A model generated the notes under the pieces. The model searched no databases. It was given only the letters and a program-made list of their open reading frames with translations, and was not told the origin of the DNA. The translations under genes were made by a program, and so were the position numbers. From Raja brachyura (lineage: Eukaryota), in contig OY740792.1 of the NCBI GenBank assembly GCA_963514005.1, forward strand, positions 36,146,001-36,210,000: DNA of 64,000 nucleotides. Direction: 5' to 3'. This document shows positions 50,648-63,785 of the stretch, piece by piece (the stretch's first letter is position 1; each line of letters opens with the position of its first letter).

Positions 50648-52992
50648 CTGAAAATAAAGAGGCAAAAATGTTGTTAGCAGTGGTAATGTTCTTCGAAACA
50701 ATGAATTGCATATCAAACGTTTCTTCCCAACTATCAGGATATCAAACACTACAAACTCCAACTAAACTTCAATCCAAGCTACCAACTGCCTGGGTTGTAG
50801 GGATTGAGGTTTAGTTTGGTTATACCCAGAGTATAGTTATTTAAAAGACTGTGAAGTGCCAATAGACTACCAGAACCACTAGAACTATATCAGGAGGGCG
50901 ATTTTCACTTCTTCGATTTAACCACAATGGAAACATCGGGTCAAAGAATGAAGAAGTTCAACGGCCAGGACTGCATCTAAAGAAAGCTTCACACATTTGC
51001 ATTTGGAGGAAGTGCTCAAGAGAGCTTCTCTTCAAATCCTACCATCTAAAATATATTCTGTTTTTGAGTACCCATGGTCTTGTTATTCAAACATAAACAT
51101 CATTCAAAATTAAAAAAAATACAAAACAAAAACTGTGCAAAAAGTCTTCATTCATTCTCAGTGTCTACACATTTAATCCGAATAAACAACCAGAGGACAT
51201 TGGTTTAAGGCGAGGAGGTAAAGATTCAATAGGAACCGGAAGGCATCTTTTTCACACAGAGCATGGTGGGTGTATGGAACAAGCTGCCAGAGGAGGTTGT
51301 TGAGGCAGGTACTGTCACAACATTTCAACAAATGTTTGAATAGGTACATGGATAGGATAGGTTTAGAGGGGTATGGGCCAAATGCATTCAGGTGGAACGA
51401 GTGTAAATGTGTTGTTGGGCAAGTTGGGCTGAAGAGCCTGTTTCCATGCTGTATGACTCCATTACTCTAATAGTGGCATACTCAGCAGTTTAGTTTAGTT
51501 TCAGAGAGACAGCATGGGAACAGGCCCTTCGGCCCACCAAGGCCACGCTGCCCGTTTACTTTAGGTCTATGTTATCCCATTATCTCATCCACTCGCTACA
51601 CACCAGTGGCAATTTACAGAGGGTCAATTAACCCACTAACCCGCACATCTTTACGATGTGGGAGCACCCAGAGCAAACCCAGGCAGTCACAGGAAGAACG
51701 TGCAAAGTCCACACAGAAGATGGCACCCGAGGTCAGGATCGAACCCAGGTCTCTGGCGCTGTGAGGTAGTGGCTTTACCCGCTGCACCACTGTACTGTCA
51801 ACTGTGTTGCACCTATCATTAAACAAGATACCCTTGCCACTCTTGTGGTCCTCTGGGGTAATATCCCTTCCCGTTTGAGGGGTGTCCCACCAGACTCAGC
51901 CTCCTCATTGTCCAGCAGCAGAAGGATCCTAGAGTATTGTGCTCCCCCACAGAGCCTTGCCGTTGGCTGCACTGAGCTTCAGTAAGTCCCTCAACATGTA
52001 CTCTCATCCAGTCATCTCTTTACAAATGGAGCTGTACAGTGGCGCAGCGGTAGAGCTGCTGCCTTAGAGCGCCAGAGACCCTGGTTCAAACCTGACTTTG
52101 GGTGCTGTCTGTACGGAGTTTGTACGTGCTCCCTGTGACCATGTGGATTTGCTCCGGGTGCTCTGGTTCACTCCAACTCTCCAAAGAATTACAGGTTAAT
52201 TGGCTTCGGTGAAATTGTAAATTGTGTCGGGTAGTGCCAGTGTACGGGATGATCGGTGGTCGTTGCAGACTCGTTGAGCCGAAGGGCCTGTTTCTATGCT
52301 GTACCTCCAAAGTCTTACTGAATAAAGTAGGGATTAGCAAGATGATTCAAGCAGTTGGTAGCCTCTGTTGAATGAATCATTAGAAGCAATAAAGAGCTCT
52401 GAATAATTCTGTTCATTTGAATGGAGATTATAAAAGAAGTAATTAAATTTGCGTGCCCATAAGCCAATGATTTGGTCTTGGCTCATGTGTCTAGTGTCCT
52501 GAGGCAATGTCAATGTGGAAAGTACTTCAGTATTAGCATCCACTGGATAAAATAGCAGCAGCATGGCTCCATCAGTAATACAAACGGAACCAGCACTTGA
52601 TGTAAATTGAGTGTGCAAATAAATTAGGAAAACCAGTTAAAAAACCCTAGAGTAATCACGAAAAGACTCAAAGTGCTGGAGTAACTCAGCGGGTCAGGCA
52701 GCATCTCTGGAGGACACTTGAGGAAGGGGCCTGACCAGAAACATCACCGATCCATGTCCTCCAGAGATGTTGCCTAACCCACTGAGTTACTCCAGCACTT
52801 TGTGTCTCTTTTGCAAAGCAGCATCTGCAGTTCCTGTTCCTACATTTATCAACAACTATCCATCAATATACCCAAGGTCGCAGGCACTTTAACTTGTAAT
52901 ACGTATAATAACAGAACTCTAATTATAAGCGAATAAATGTTCTAAATCATTCACTTACATTATCCATCAGCTAAGCATTATTAATAAACAAA

Positions 52993-53215
52993 CAGAAGAT
53001 ACACACAAAGCTGGAGTAACTCAGCGGGACAGGCAGCATTTCTGCAGAGAAGGAATGGGTGATGTTTCAGGTCGAGAATCTTCTACAGACTGAAATTCAC
53101 TGGAAAGAGAAACGGGTCTTGACCCGAAACATCACCCATTCCTTCTCTCCAGAGTTACTCCAGCGTTTTGTGTCTATCTTTGGTTTAAACCAGCATCTGC
53201 AGTTCCTTCCTTCAC
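52993..53215. mobile_element. Palindromic PLE-derived short element
   Basis: Inverted arms. Perfect 13-bp duplication ATTAATAAACAAA at 52980-52992 and 53216-53228. Confidence 0.87.
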
Positions 53216-54354
53216 ATTAATAAACAAATGTATCACTTAAGGGATGGGTTAGCGTGCTGTACCATTACAAAAAGAGAAAATGTGACCAAGGGATAATTTA
53301 ATTGGATAACACACAAACAAGAACTTTTCACTGTACCTCGGGACACGTGACAATAGAATGGAGACGAGGAGGAATTTCTTTAGCCAAAGGTGATGAATCT
53401 GTGGAATTCATTGCCACAGACAGCAGTGGAGGCCAAGTCATTGGGTATTTTTAATGCAAAGATTGACGTTCTCCATTAGTAAGCACATTAAAGGTTACAG
53501 CGAGAAGGCCGAAGAACAGGGTTGAGAGGGGAAAATAGATTAGCCATGATTGAATGGTGGAGTAGACTAGATGGGCTGAACATTCCTGTGTCTTATGTAT
53601 GGTATTTTAATAAAACAATACCAAATAATATAAAAACAAGGAACTGCAGATGCTGGATATGCAAAAGAAGACAGATGGCTGGGGGGGGGGGGGGGGGGGG
53701 GGGGGTCAGGCAGCATCTCTAGAGAACATGGGTGTTCTATGGATGTGCCTAATAATATAAAGAAGACATTAGGAACTGCAGATGCAGGAATCTTGAGCAA
53801 AGCGTAAAGCGCCGGAGGAACTCAACGAGTCAGGCAGAATCCGTCGAATGAATGGACAGGCGACGTTTTGGGTCAGGACCCTTCTTGTGCCCAAATAATA
53901 TAACATGTTTTAAGATAATTATTGAGGACATGGGTAAGATAATGAGCCTGCCATAGATTGGAGACCAGACAGCGTCAAGGGTATAAGATTAGAACCTGGT
54001 AAATAAAATACACAATATTGTTGGCAGAAAATAAGATTGAAAAACAGTGGGGAACATATAAACGAGCTTCCAAAAGAGTCCAGGAAAATATAGGCTACTC
54101 AAATAAAAACAGACTAAGCCCTACGGATGAATAAAGATGCAGGAGGAATGAAAATGAGTGAAAAGAAAGTATCAAACTTGGTACATGAACAGCAGGAAAG
54201 AACAATAATAAAGATTACAAAAGATTATTAGAGAATTATTTTTAACAAAATCAATTTGGAAGGCAAATAAAAACAACGGGATTACTTTATCAAAAGACAA
54301 AAGAAAAACGTGAAAGACTTGACAAATATCAAGAAAAAGAAAAGTTGCAATACA

Positions 54355-54663
54355 GGCGGCACAGCGGCGCAGCAGTAGCATTGCTGCCTCACAGCACCAG
54401 TGTCCCGGGTTCAATCCTGGCCACGGGTGCTGTCTATATGGAGTTTGTACATTCTCCCTGTGACTGCGTGGGTTTTCTCTGGGTGCTCCGGCTTCCTCCC
54501 ACACTCCAAAGACGTACAGGATTGTAGACTAATTGGCTTTAGTAAAATTGTAAATTCTCCCCAGAGTGTGTAGGATAGTATTTATGTGCGGGGGATCAAT
54601 GGTCGGCACAGACTCAGTGGGCCGAAGGGCCTGTTTCCACGCAGTATCTCTAAACTAAACTAC
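54355..54663 (+). mobile_element. HE1-type V-SINE, full length
   Basis: Head, V-domain and tail GTGGGCCGAAGGGCCTGTTTCC...CTAAACTAAAC. Confidence 0.9.
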
Positions 54664-57600
54664 AAATCCACCCCCTTCTGTCGTGGAGTAGGCTGACCCC
54701 ACGGAGGGATATGTATCACATGCAGGCAGAGGTTATTTTCATTTGGCATTGTGTTTGGCATGGACATTGTGGGCCGAATGGCCTGCTTCAGTGCTGTACT
54801 GTTCAATGTTCTACGTTCTATGACAGGATTAAATCACAGAATGCAGTATTAAAAATAAGATATATTAAGTAATAATTTAGTTTTGACATTTATCAGGGAA
54901 TCTGCTCACTTAAACACAGCATCAAAACACAAGATTAAAATGATATAGCCGCATTTAAAATAAAAAGCTAATCAAATGAAGACAATCAAAGTCTTGATCT
55001 GAATGGATGACTCCGGTAAGGGAGCGAATCCAGGGAAACAGAAACACAATTACACATAACAATTTGCTTTAAATAGATGCCAAGGGTCTGTGCAATAGCT
55101 TGGGTAATGGGAAATTTGAAAAGGGAAGTTAAATATCTCCAGGGAACAATAATCCCAATAGTTTAATTTCAGTGATAAGAAAAATAATGGAATTCAAGAG
55201 TCGAGAGTGTTTAATTGTCATATGTGGCGGCAACGGAACAACGAGTTTCTTATTTGCTGCAGCGTAACAGGTCCATTAACGTAAAGGATTCAAATAAATA
55301 TACAATAATGAACAATACTATCAATCAATGATCAGTACTGTTAGGTAACTAGATCATAATTGTGCAAAACCAAAGTGCCACCGTGCAACTAACACAAGGT
55401 CCATTTTAGTTCGCTTTTGCTGGGGGAGTTGATGCAGTGACGTGTGGTGTTCAACAGTCTGAAGGTACCCTTGGAGGAAGAAAATAGAAACAGCCAGAAA
55501 AAATAAATAAACGTAGAGCCAACGAGGGGCGGCACAGTAGCTCAGCGGTAGATTTGCTGCCTTACAGCAACCAAATTCCATCCTGGCTACGGGTGCTGTC
55601 TGTAAAGATTTTGTATGTTTTCCCTGTGACCGTGTGGTTTTTCTCCAAGTGCTCTGCTTTCCTCCTACATTCCAAAGACGTGCAGGTTTGTAGATTAATT
55701 GGCTTTTGTAAATTGTTCCTTAGGTGAAGGATAGGAATAGTGTATGGGGTAATCGCTGGTCGGCGCGGATTCGGTGGGCTGAAAGGCATGTTTCCACATT
55801 GTATTTTTTAACTCACTAAGCTAAATTAATGATGGAGGGAGACCCAGAGGAGTACAGAGTAGAGCAACATTAAGTGCTGGAGGAACTCAGCGGGTCAGCT
55901 CAAGGCCCTTCTTTGGAATGATTGCAGTACGGGGGAGAAAGCTGGAAAAGTGAGTTAGGTTGAGGCAAAGCCTGGTGAGTGATAGGTGGATACAAGTGAG
56001 GGTGGAAGTCCCTGGCAACCAAGATACCCCATCTACACTAGTCCCACCCGCCCACGTTTGGCCCATATCCCTCTCAACCTTTCCCATCCATGTACCCATT
56101 TAAATACCTTTTTAAATATTCTCAACTACCTCCTCTAGCATCTCGTTCCATACACTCACCACCCTCTGTGTGGAAAAAGTTGCCACCCTGGGTAAAATGA
56201 ACTGTAGATGAAAATGAACATGAGCAACTAAAACTGATCTTACGAAAAAAATCAATTGAATGACAAAGTACACAATTGATAAGGGAAGTTGTTGAGACAT
56301 TATGTCATACAGCACAGAAATAGACCCTTTGACTGAAGTCGGCCATGCTAACCAAGATGCCCCATCGACACTAGTCCCACCTGCCCATGTTTGGCCCATA
56401 TATCCCTCTAAACCTTTTAAATAGTGTTACAGTACCGGCTTCAACTCTCCTGGCAGCCCATTCCATACGCACACCACCCTCTGTGTGGAAAAAGTTGCCC
56501 CTCAGGTTCCTATTAAATCTTTCCTTTCTCACCTTAAACCTCTGTCCCTTGGTTCTTGATTCTCATATTCTGGGTTAAAGCCTTCACCCTATCCATTCCC
56601 CTTATGATTATATACACCTCTATAAAATCACCTCATCCTCCAGCGCTCCAATGTGCACCGCATGTCCACCATTGACTAGGTTGGGTCGAATGGCTCATTT
56701 GTGTGCTCCAATATATGACGTGTTAACACCGGTTAGCACACAACAAAAGCTTTTCACAGTACACATGACAATATAAGGAACAAAACTCAAAGTATTATTT
56801 GCGGAATTTAAATGAATTTGAGGAACTCAGAGATTTTACCGACCAAATATTCAAATCATAACCTCACTAATGCCATAATAAAAGTGAACTAAGATTGTGT
56901 GTTCATTTCTAAAGAGGCAAAAGTGGAGAAGTTTTGCGAAACATAACTTGAGGTTTAATCAAAGTTAGTTTTATTACGGAACTTAGTTAGTGCACATTAA
57001 GAACGGATAATATAATCATATTAGGAAAAGGTGGAAGAGTTGCGTCTGGAAAATAAATTCCACCATTCACTCTGGAAACAAGGAACTGCGGATGTTGGTT
57101 TACACAAAAGGACATCATGTGCTGGAGTAACTCAGCAAGTCCAGCAGCATTTCTGGAGAACATGCATAGATGATGTTTTGGGTCGGGACCAACGTCACCT
57201 ATCCATGTTTTCCAGAGATGCTGCCTGGCTTGCTGAGTAACTCCAGCACCGCACGTCCACCATTGACTAGGTTGTGACGAATGGCTCAGTTGTGTGCTCT
57301 ATAATTCTGTGAGTAATTTTCTTTTTTCTTTATATACGTCACGAGTTTTTGAATTTGGAGCATTTAATTATTCCAATAAAGCTTTTATTAATTCTATGTA
57401 TACCTTCAGGATAATTATAAATTTAGCTAATACTCCAAAGCTTATTAAAGACATTATCATGTTATTAAAGATGTTATATGGGCCAAAGGTAAACAGGTGG
57501 GAATAGTGTAGATGGGGCATCTTGAACAGCAAGGGCAAGTTGGGCAGAATGCCTGTTTTTATGGCTCGAAGCAGGTCATGTTGTAAAAGGCGGAGAATAA

Positions 57601-57931
57601 TAAAATAGGTCGAATTACTTCAGAGATACAAGGTAGAAACAGGCCCTTCAACACACCGAGTCCATGTCCTGTACATTAATACTATCCAACGCACACTGGG
57701 GACAATGTCCAATTTTTACCCAAGTCAATTAAGCTACAAACCTGTACTTTTTGGGGACGTGAGAGGAAACTGGAGGACCCGCAGAAAACCCACACGGTTA
57801 CAGGGAGAACGTAAAACTCGATACAGACAGCACCTGTGGTCAGGATCGAACCCAGGTCTCTGGCGCTGTGAGGCTGCAACTCTACCACTTGGCCACCATG
57901 CCACCCTGGGTAAAATGGTTGCTGGCGTTAC

Positions 57932-58345
57932 CTGAAGGTTGTACATAAAGGGTTGTTCTTCCGGATTCATCGCTTCCTTGAAGAGCCCATTGGTTCTGGC
58001 CGTTTGTGACCCATTCCTCCACCCTGCAATAGTAGACGCCACTATCACCTGGCGCAACGCTGGTCATGATCAGCTTGTAGTTATTGCTGGAAACCTTCAC
58101 ACTTTGCAGGGTCGACTTGTGGGAATCTGCCGTGATGTTCGCAAGGTAACGCTGGATGTTGTCACGATCTGTATGGAGCAGCTCTCTTCGAGATGCCTTG
58201 GGCTGCCCCTCGCTTTCGAAGAACCATGTCACGGAGAACTGAGAGCTTGCCTGCGTTTGGTTGTTGATAATGCACTCGAGTTCAAAGGCCGCATCCTCCT
58301 TGAGTGACTCACGCCTCCCCGTGTCAGCGACTTGTAGATTGGCAT
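57932..58345 (-). CDS. CD101: CD101-like gene, membrane-proximal Ig-V exon (probable domain 7)
   Basis: Acceptor ttctgcAG, donor G|GTAAC, 414 bp, phase 1-1. Contains FELEC...VTWFF...DSGVYYCRVEEWV...QGSDESGRTTLYVQPS. Confidence 0.85.
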
Positions 58346-59443
58346 CTGCAGAACCGACGGAAGACAGGGACAACAGTGGCACTTAATTTAGTCTAAATGC
58401 AATAAAAAGGAACTACAGATGTTGGCAGACCAAAGATAGACACAAAATGTTGGAGTAAGTGGGGAGTGCTGGGGAGAAGGCAGGAGAATCGGGATGAGAG
58501 GGAAAGATAGATCAGCCAAAATTGAATGGAAGAGCAGACTCGATGGGCCAAAGTGCCTAATTCTGCTCCTATGACTTAGGAAGTTATGAATATATGTAAT
58601 CAGCGAGTCAGGTAGAATTTCCATAAAAATGGATAGGGGATGTTTCGGGTCGGGACCCTTCTTCAGTTTCGACCCAAAATATCGCCCATCCATTTTCTCC
58701 AGAGATGTTGCCTGAACCACTGAATTACTCCAGCACTTTGTGTCTTTTTGAAATGACTGTATATTTAGACTTTAGAGACACAACCTGGTGGCAGGCCCTT
58801 CTGCCCACCGACCAGTGATCATCCTGTACACTGGCACTATCCTACACACTAGGGTCAATTTTATAATTTACCAAAGCCAATTAACCCACAAACTTGGACG
58901 CTTTGGAGCGTGGGAGGAAACTGGAGCACCCGGAGAAAACCCACATGGTCACACGGAGAATGTATAAACTCCATACAGACAGCACCCATAGTCAGGATCT
59001 AACCCGGGTCTCTGGCGCTGTAAGGCAGCAAATCACCCGCTGCGCCACTGTGCTGCCTCTATCTACGTGTGGTATGTCTGATCTGTTTGGATGGCATGCT
59101 TGACAAAGCTGTTCACTGTACCTCGGTGCACCAAAAAATAACAATAAACCTAAACCAAAACTTGAATCTAAATCCGTGGTGTAGGATGGAACTGCAAATG
59201 CTGGTTTGCACTGAAGAGAGCCACAAAACGCTGGAGTTACTCAGCAGGTCAGCATCTCTGGAGAAAAGGAATAGGTGAATCATCACCAAAATCATGTTGT
59301 CCACAGATGCTGCCTGACCCACTGAGTTACTCCAGCACTTTGAGACGTTTGGAGAACTCATGGAGATGTAAATAATCACCTAAACCGTCACCTAAATCAG
59401 TGGCATTGGTTCCGGTCAAGAGGCGTTTGAGAGACTTGTTTAC

Positions 59444-59851
59444 CTGGTGTATGCACTTGGACAGTGGTCGCTGCCGATACAGCCTTGCCCACTTTATACC
59501 AAACATTGTTGGGGTCTAAAAGCCATTCTGTGACCGCACAACAATAATTCCCTTGATCGGTCGCATCAGCTTTCCCTATAATTAGTTTGTAAAGATCACG
59601 CAAAGTCTTCTCAACCCGCATCTTCGTCCCCTCCTGATTGCTGGCTCGCAATTCCTTGTTGTATCGAATGACGTTGTTGCGATCAATGTTCAGAAGAGTT
59701 ATCTCCTGCGCTTGTGGCTTTTTGAAGAGCCATGAGACTGAGAACTGGGAATCATTCCGGGTTTGAGCAAAGATTTTACAATCGAGTTCAATGATGTCGC
59801 TAACCCTTTTCCATATAGTTGTGTCCCCTTGTGCAAGCTGCAACCGGCTTA
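59444..59851 (-). CDS. CD101: CD101-like gene, Ig-V exon (probable domain 6)
   Basis: Acceptor ttctgcAG, donor G|GTAAA, 408 bp, phase 1-1. Contains ELDC...VSWLF...DQGNYCCAVTEWLL. Confidence 0.85.
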
Positions 59852-60851
59852 CTGCAGAAGTAGAAGAGAAAACATTGGAAAAAAAATGTTATTATATTTC
59901 TTTGTACCATTTAAGCACAGTGGCGCAGCTGGTAGAGCTGCTGCCTCACAGTGCCAGAGACCCGCGTTCAATCCTCACCTTGGGTGCTGTCTGAATGGAG
60001 TTTGCACGTTCTGTGTGGGTTTCCCCCGGGTGCACCAGTTTCTTTCCACATCCTTGCACTAAGTGATTTTTAACTTCATCTTAATTAATATTAATGTTTT
60101 AATTCATTTACAACAGTCAGTTAGGTTTTACTTTGAATTTTCTTCAGTCAGATTGTTCATATTTTGAATATTAACAACTGTGAAGAAGGTTCCCGACCTA
60201 AAATGTAGCCAAACCATTCCCTCCACACATGCTGCCTGACCCACTGAGTTACTCCAGCACTGTGTGTTTTGATTTAATATTCAACTGAATTATCAGGCAA
60301 CTGAAACACCCTCCAACTGGAGAGCAGTCCTGACCTCCCACCTACCTCACTGGAGACCCTCGGGTCATCTTTAATCGAACTTTACTGGACTTCAATTGAC
60401 ACAAAATGCTGGAGTAACTCAGCGGGTCGGGCAGCATCTGTGGAGAAAAGGAATAGGTGACATTTCGAGTCGGAACCCTTCCAAAGACACCCTCATTCTC
60501 AGGAAGGGACCTGACCCAAAGCGTCACCTATTCCTTTTCTCCAGAGATGCGGCCTAAACCGTTGAGTTACTCCAGCATTTTGTGTCTATTCACTGGTCTA
60601 AGTATTATCTTGCACTAAACGTTATACCTTGGATCCTGCATCTGTACATTGTGGGAGCTTTGATTGTAATTGCGTATTGTCTTTCCGCTGAATGGATAAC
60701 GCACAACACAAAAGCTTCTCACTGTACCTCGGCACACGTGACAACAAACTAAACTAACTACAATTTTAAAAGTCCTATTTTTCTTCCTTCAGGTAAAAAA
60801 GAGGAAGCCAAGCTGGGAACATGCAAAGACGAGGAGGGATGATTGCCTTAC

Positions 60852-61253
60852 CTGGGGCTTGAACCACCACCTGCAGGATGTTTGACGTCACGCTGACTAT
60901 CCTGACCCATTGATTCGGCCGTTGTCTTTTCCACAATACTGCGTCACACAGAAACTTGCCAGCTTCCAGGCTGCTGACACTGGACACACGCAAGCGGACC
61001 GTGTTGGACGCTGTTTTAGCCACTATCATTTTCCCTTTGAAGCTCACTGCCTTGTCTCCCCACTCGATCGCTGTGTCGTGGCTGAAAGTCACAAGGTGGA
61101 AGCTCTCGTTCGAATTAGCCGGCTGAAATTTCCACGACACGTCAATTGGGAGGTGATTGATGATTGGCGGCTGGATGAAGCACTGCAGTTCAAATGTACC
61201 GTAGTATCTTGCAGTTGGCGTGCGGGTTATGGCAATGACTTTAAAGATGCTTT
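60852..61253 (-). CDS. CD101: CD101-like gene, Ig-V exon (probable domain 5)
   Basis: Acceptor ttgacAG, donor G|GTAAG, 402 bp, phase 1-1. Contains FELQC...VSWKFQPA...IEWGD...EAGKFLC, typical of IGSF3/CD101 domain 5 as recalled. Confidence 0.85.
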
Positions 61254-62007
61254 CTGTCAACAAATGTTTAAAAAGAGAGAAATTAATCTAAACACATTTC
61301 CTCCGGGTGCTCCCACATCCCAAAGACTTCCAGTTTGTAGTTTAATTGGCCCTCTGTAAATTGCCCCTTGTGTGTAGGGTATGGATGAGAAACTGGGATA
61401 ACATAGAACTAGTGGGAACAGTGTTAAAGAAGGAACTGCAGATGCTGGAGAATCGAGGGTACACAAAAGGCTGGAGAAATTCAGCGGGTGCAGCAGCATC
61501 TAAGGAGTGAAGGAGATAGGCAACGTTTTCGGTCGAGACCCTTCTTCAGTCTAAAGTTGGCCGGAGAGTCTATTTCCACGCTGCATCTCTAAAAGAAACC
61601 TATGGGGCAACAATTTTCCACATGGAGGGTGGTGGGTGTATGGAATGAGTTGCCAGAGGAGGTAGTTGACGCAGGTACTATAAGAAGATAGGACCGTTCG
61701 GTGAACTTTTGTGACTTTGTTGCTGCCAGAAAAGTGTGCAAAACAAAGCATTCCACTGTACCTAGGTACACATGACAATAATGTATCTGTGATCATTGAA
61801 TATAAGCGATACTTGGATGGGTACATGGATTGGAAAGGCTTGGAAGGATATTGGCCACACGGACTAGTGTAGATGGGACATCTTGGTCAGCGTGGGCGAG
61901 TTGGATCTATTTCCATGCTGAATGACTCTGACTGTGCCTCTAGGCGGTAAATCCCTTGCATCAAAACAAAACAAAGTATCATAGACACTTGATGTTGAAA
62001 TGCTCAC

Positions 62008-62412
62008 CCAGAGATGTAATCGTCACTGCCTTATCACTGCTGACATATTCTCCGATTAGTTTCCAGTTTTGGTTGAGCACTGCTGTCCATTCCATCACTT
62101 TGCAGGAGTACAGTCCTTCGTCTGAAATCCTGGCATCATAAATGCCCAACGTGAAAGTATCGGACCCCACTCTGGCCATCCGGATTTCTCCGTGACCAAC
62201 TCGCTCACGGTAGGGTGGAGCAGTAACTTGGACACCATTCTGCTGCATCTCAATTATATCACTCTTCACGTTGTGTTTGTCCATGAACTGCCAAATAACA
62301 GAAAGCTGCCCAGGTACTGTGGCCCCTGAACGAACATTGCAGGCAAACTGAAGAACATCTCCTTCCAAAACGTTCGTTGCATTAATGCTGATCTCCACCT
62401 TAAGGTCGGCCT
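62008..62412 (-). CDS. CD101: CD101-like gene, Ig-V exon (probable domain 4)
   Basis: Acceptor cttcacAG, donor G|GTGAG, 405 bp, phase 1-1. Contains FACNV...VIWQF...DEGLYSCKVMEW (EWI-type motif). Confidence 0.85.
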
Positions 62413-62509
62413 CTGTGAAGCAAGAGAGAGTTGGTGTTAATGTTGGCAGTCTTTGATGCAATGTATACTTGGTAGAGGAAAAGCAAGATTTAAATCATGT
62501 TTACAAGTT

Positions 62510-62850
62510 GGAGGAGTACAATTAGGCCATTTGGTCCAAAAAATCTACTCCGCCATTCAATAACGACTGTTCTATCTTTCCCTCTCAACCCCATTCTCCT
62601 ACCTTTTCCCCATAACCCTTGACACCCTTACTAATCAAGAACCTACCAATCTCCACCTGAAAAATATTAATTGACTTGGCCTCCACAGCCTTATGTTGCA
62701 ATGAATTCCATAGATTCACCATCCTCTGACTAAAGAAGTTCCTCCTCATCTCCTTTCTAAAGGTACGTATTTTTATTCTGAAGCTATGGCCTCTGGTCCT
62801 AGACTCTCCCAGAGTGGAAACAACCTCTCCACATCCAGGCCTTTCACTAT
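62510..62850 (-). mobile_element. CR1 LINE 3' fragment (intronic)
   Basis: Matches the reverse complement of the CR1 3' end at 4070-4420. Confidence 0.85.
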
Positions 62851-63414
62851 TCCATCTGAGGAAGGGTCTCGATCCAAAACATCATCTATTCCTTTACTCC
62901 AGAGATGCTGCCTGACCCTCTGAGTTACTCCAGCATTTGTATTTATCTTTTGAATTGATAATGTTAGATAACATAATGACGAATAATAATAATGTTTTGT
63001 GGTGAAAACAAAACTACAGAAAACACTGTAGTAACTCAACGCAGCATCTCTGGAGAACATGGATAGGGTTGGGACATTTCTTCATACTGAACTTGCCTTA
63101 CCAGTGATACATTATCATACATCCATCCTACTAAAAAGCCAACTATTTTAGTCTTGATACAAGGAACTACAGATTCTGGATTCCAGGCCAAAAAATACAT
63201 AAAATTACTCCTAACTGGGCTAGGAATGAAGTGAATCCAATTCCAAAGCTTTTTCAGTCCACTCCCACCTCCACTTCATCCATGCATCAGCTGCGATTGC
63301 AATATCGCGGAGTGCACAACACTGATCTGGTTTTTATTGCCCAAGATTAATGCTTCATCCACCCTTTTCAATATTGTGGCTGAGCCGAGATTTTCTTACA
63401 ATCAAAATGTACTA

Positions 63415-63722
63415 CTTTATCTATCAATGTATCATAGACATTAACAATGCACAATTTTATCTATTGCAATATTATAAGCACTAATAATGCATTAACTTCA
63501 TTGATTAATCGTAAACACTAGACATATACTATTTTATCTTTTACTGTATTGTAAATACTACAAAATGTATTTTATCTATTACTGTAACATAAACTACAAA
63601 GGTATCTTATCTATTACAATATCATAAACACTACAAAATGCATTGTTTTCTCTATTACTGCATTGTAAACTGCAAAACGTTATCTAATGCTGTATCAAAA
63701 ACACGACCAAATTGCATTATTT
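63415..63722. repeat. AT-rich intronic minisatellite, about 35-38 bp unit (TTTTATCTATTACTGTATCATAAACACTACAAAATG-like)
   Basis: About 7-8 degenerate tandem units. Confidence 0.75.
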
Positions 63723-63785
63723 TTCCTGTTACTTTATCTTAATCGCGACAAAAATAAGAAAGCTGTTCAAGTCCGTGTTCCTTAC

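Noticed and set aside
53680-53705. Poly-G runs as functional G-quadruplexes (also near 10212, 10733 and 41373)
   Set aside because: They are homopolymers within or beside repeats, their lengths are unreliable, and nothing else supports a function.
56663-57305. Direct repeat of about 50 bp (56663 and 57254) suggesting LTRs
   Set aside because: It is too short, lacks TG...CA ends and internal retroviral features, and resembles a duplicated CR1-type tail.
474-61826. Many recurring 60-120 aa ORFs (PINLQT, LPHSARD and CWSNS types)
   Set aside because: They are chance frames through SINE and PLE-derived repeats.
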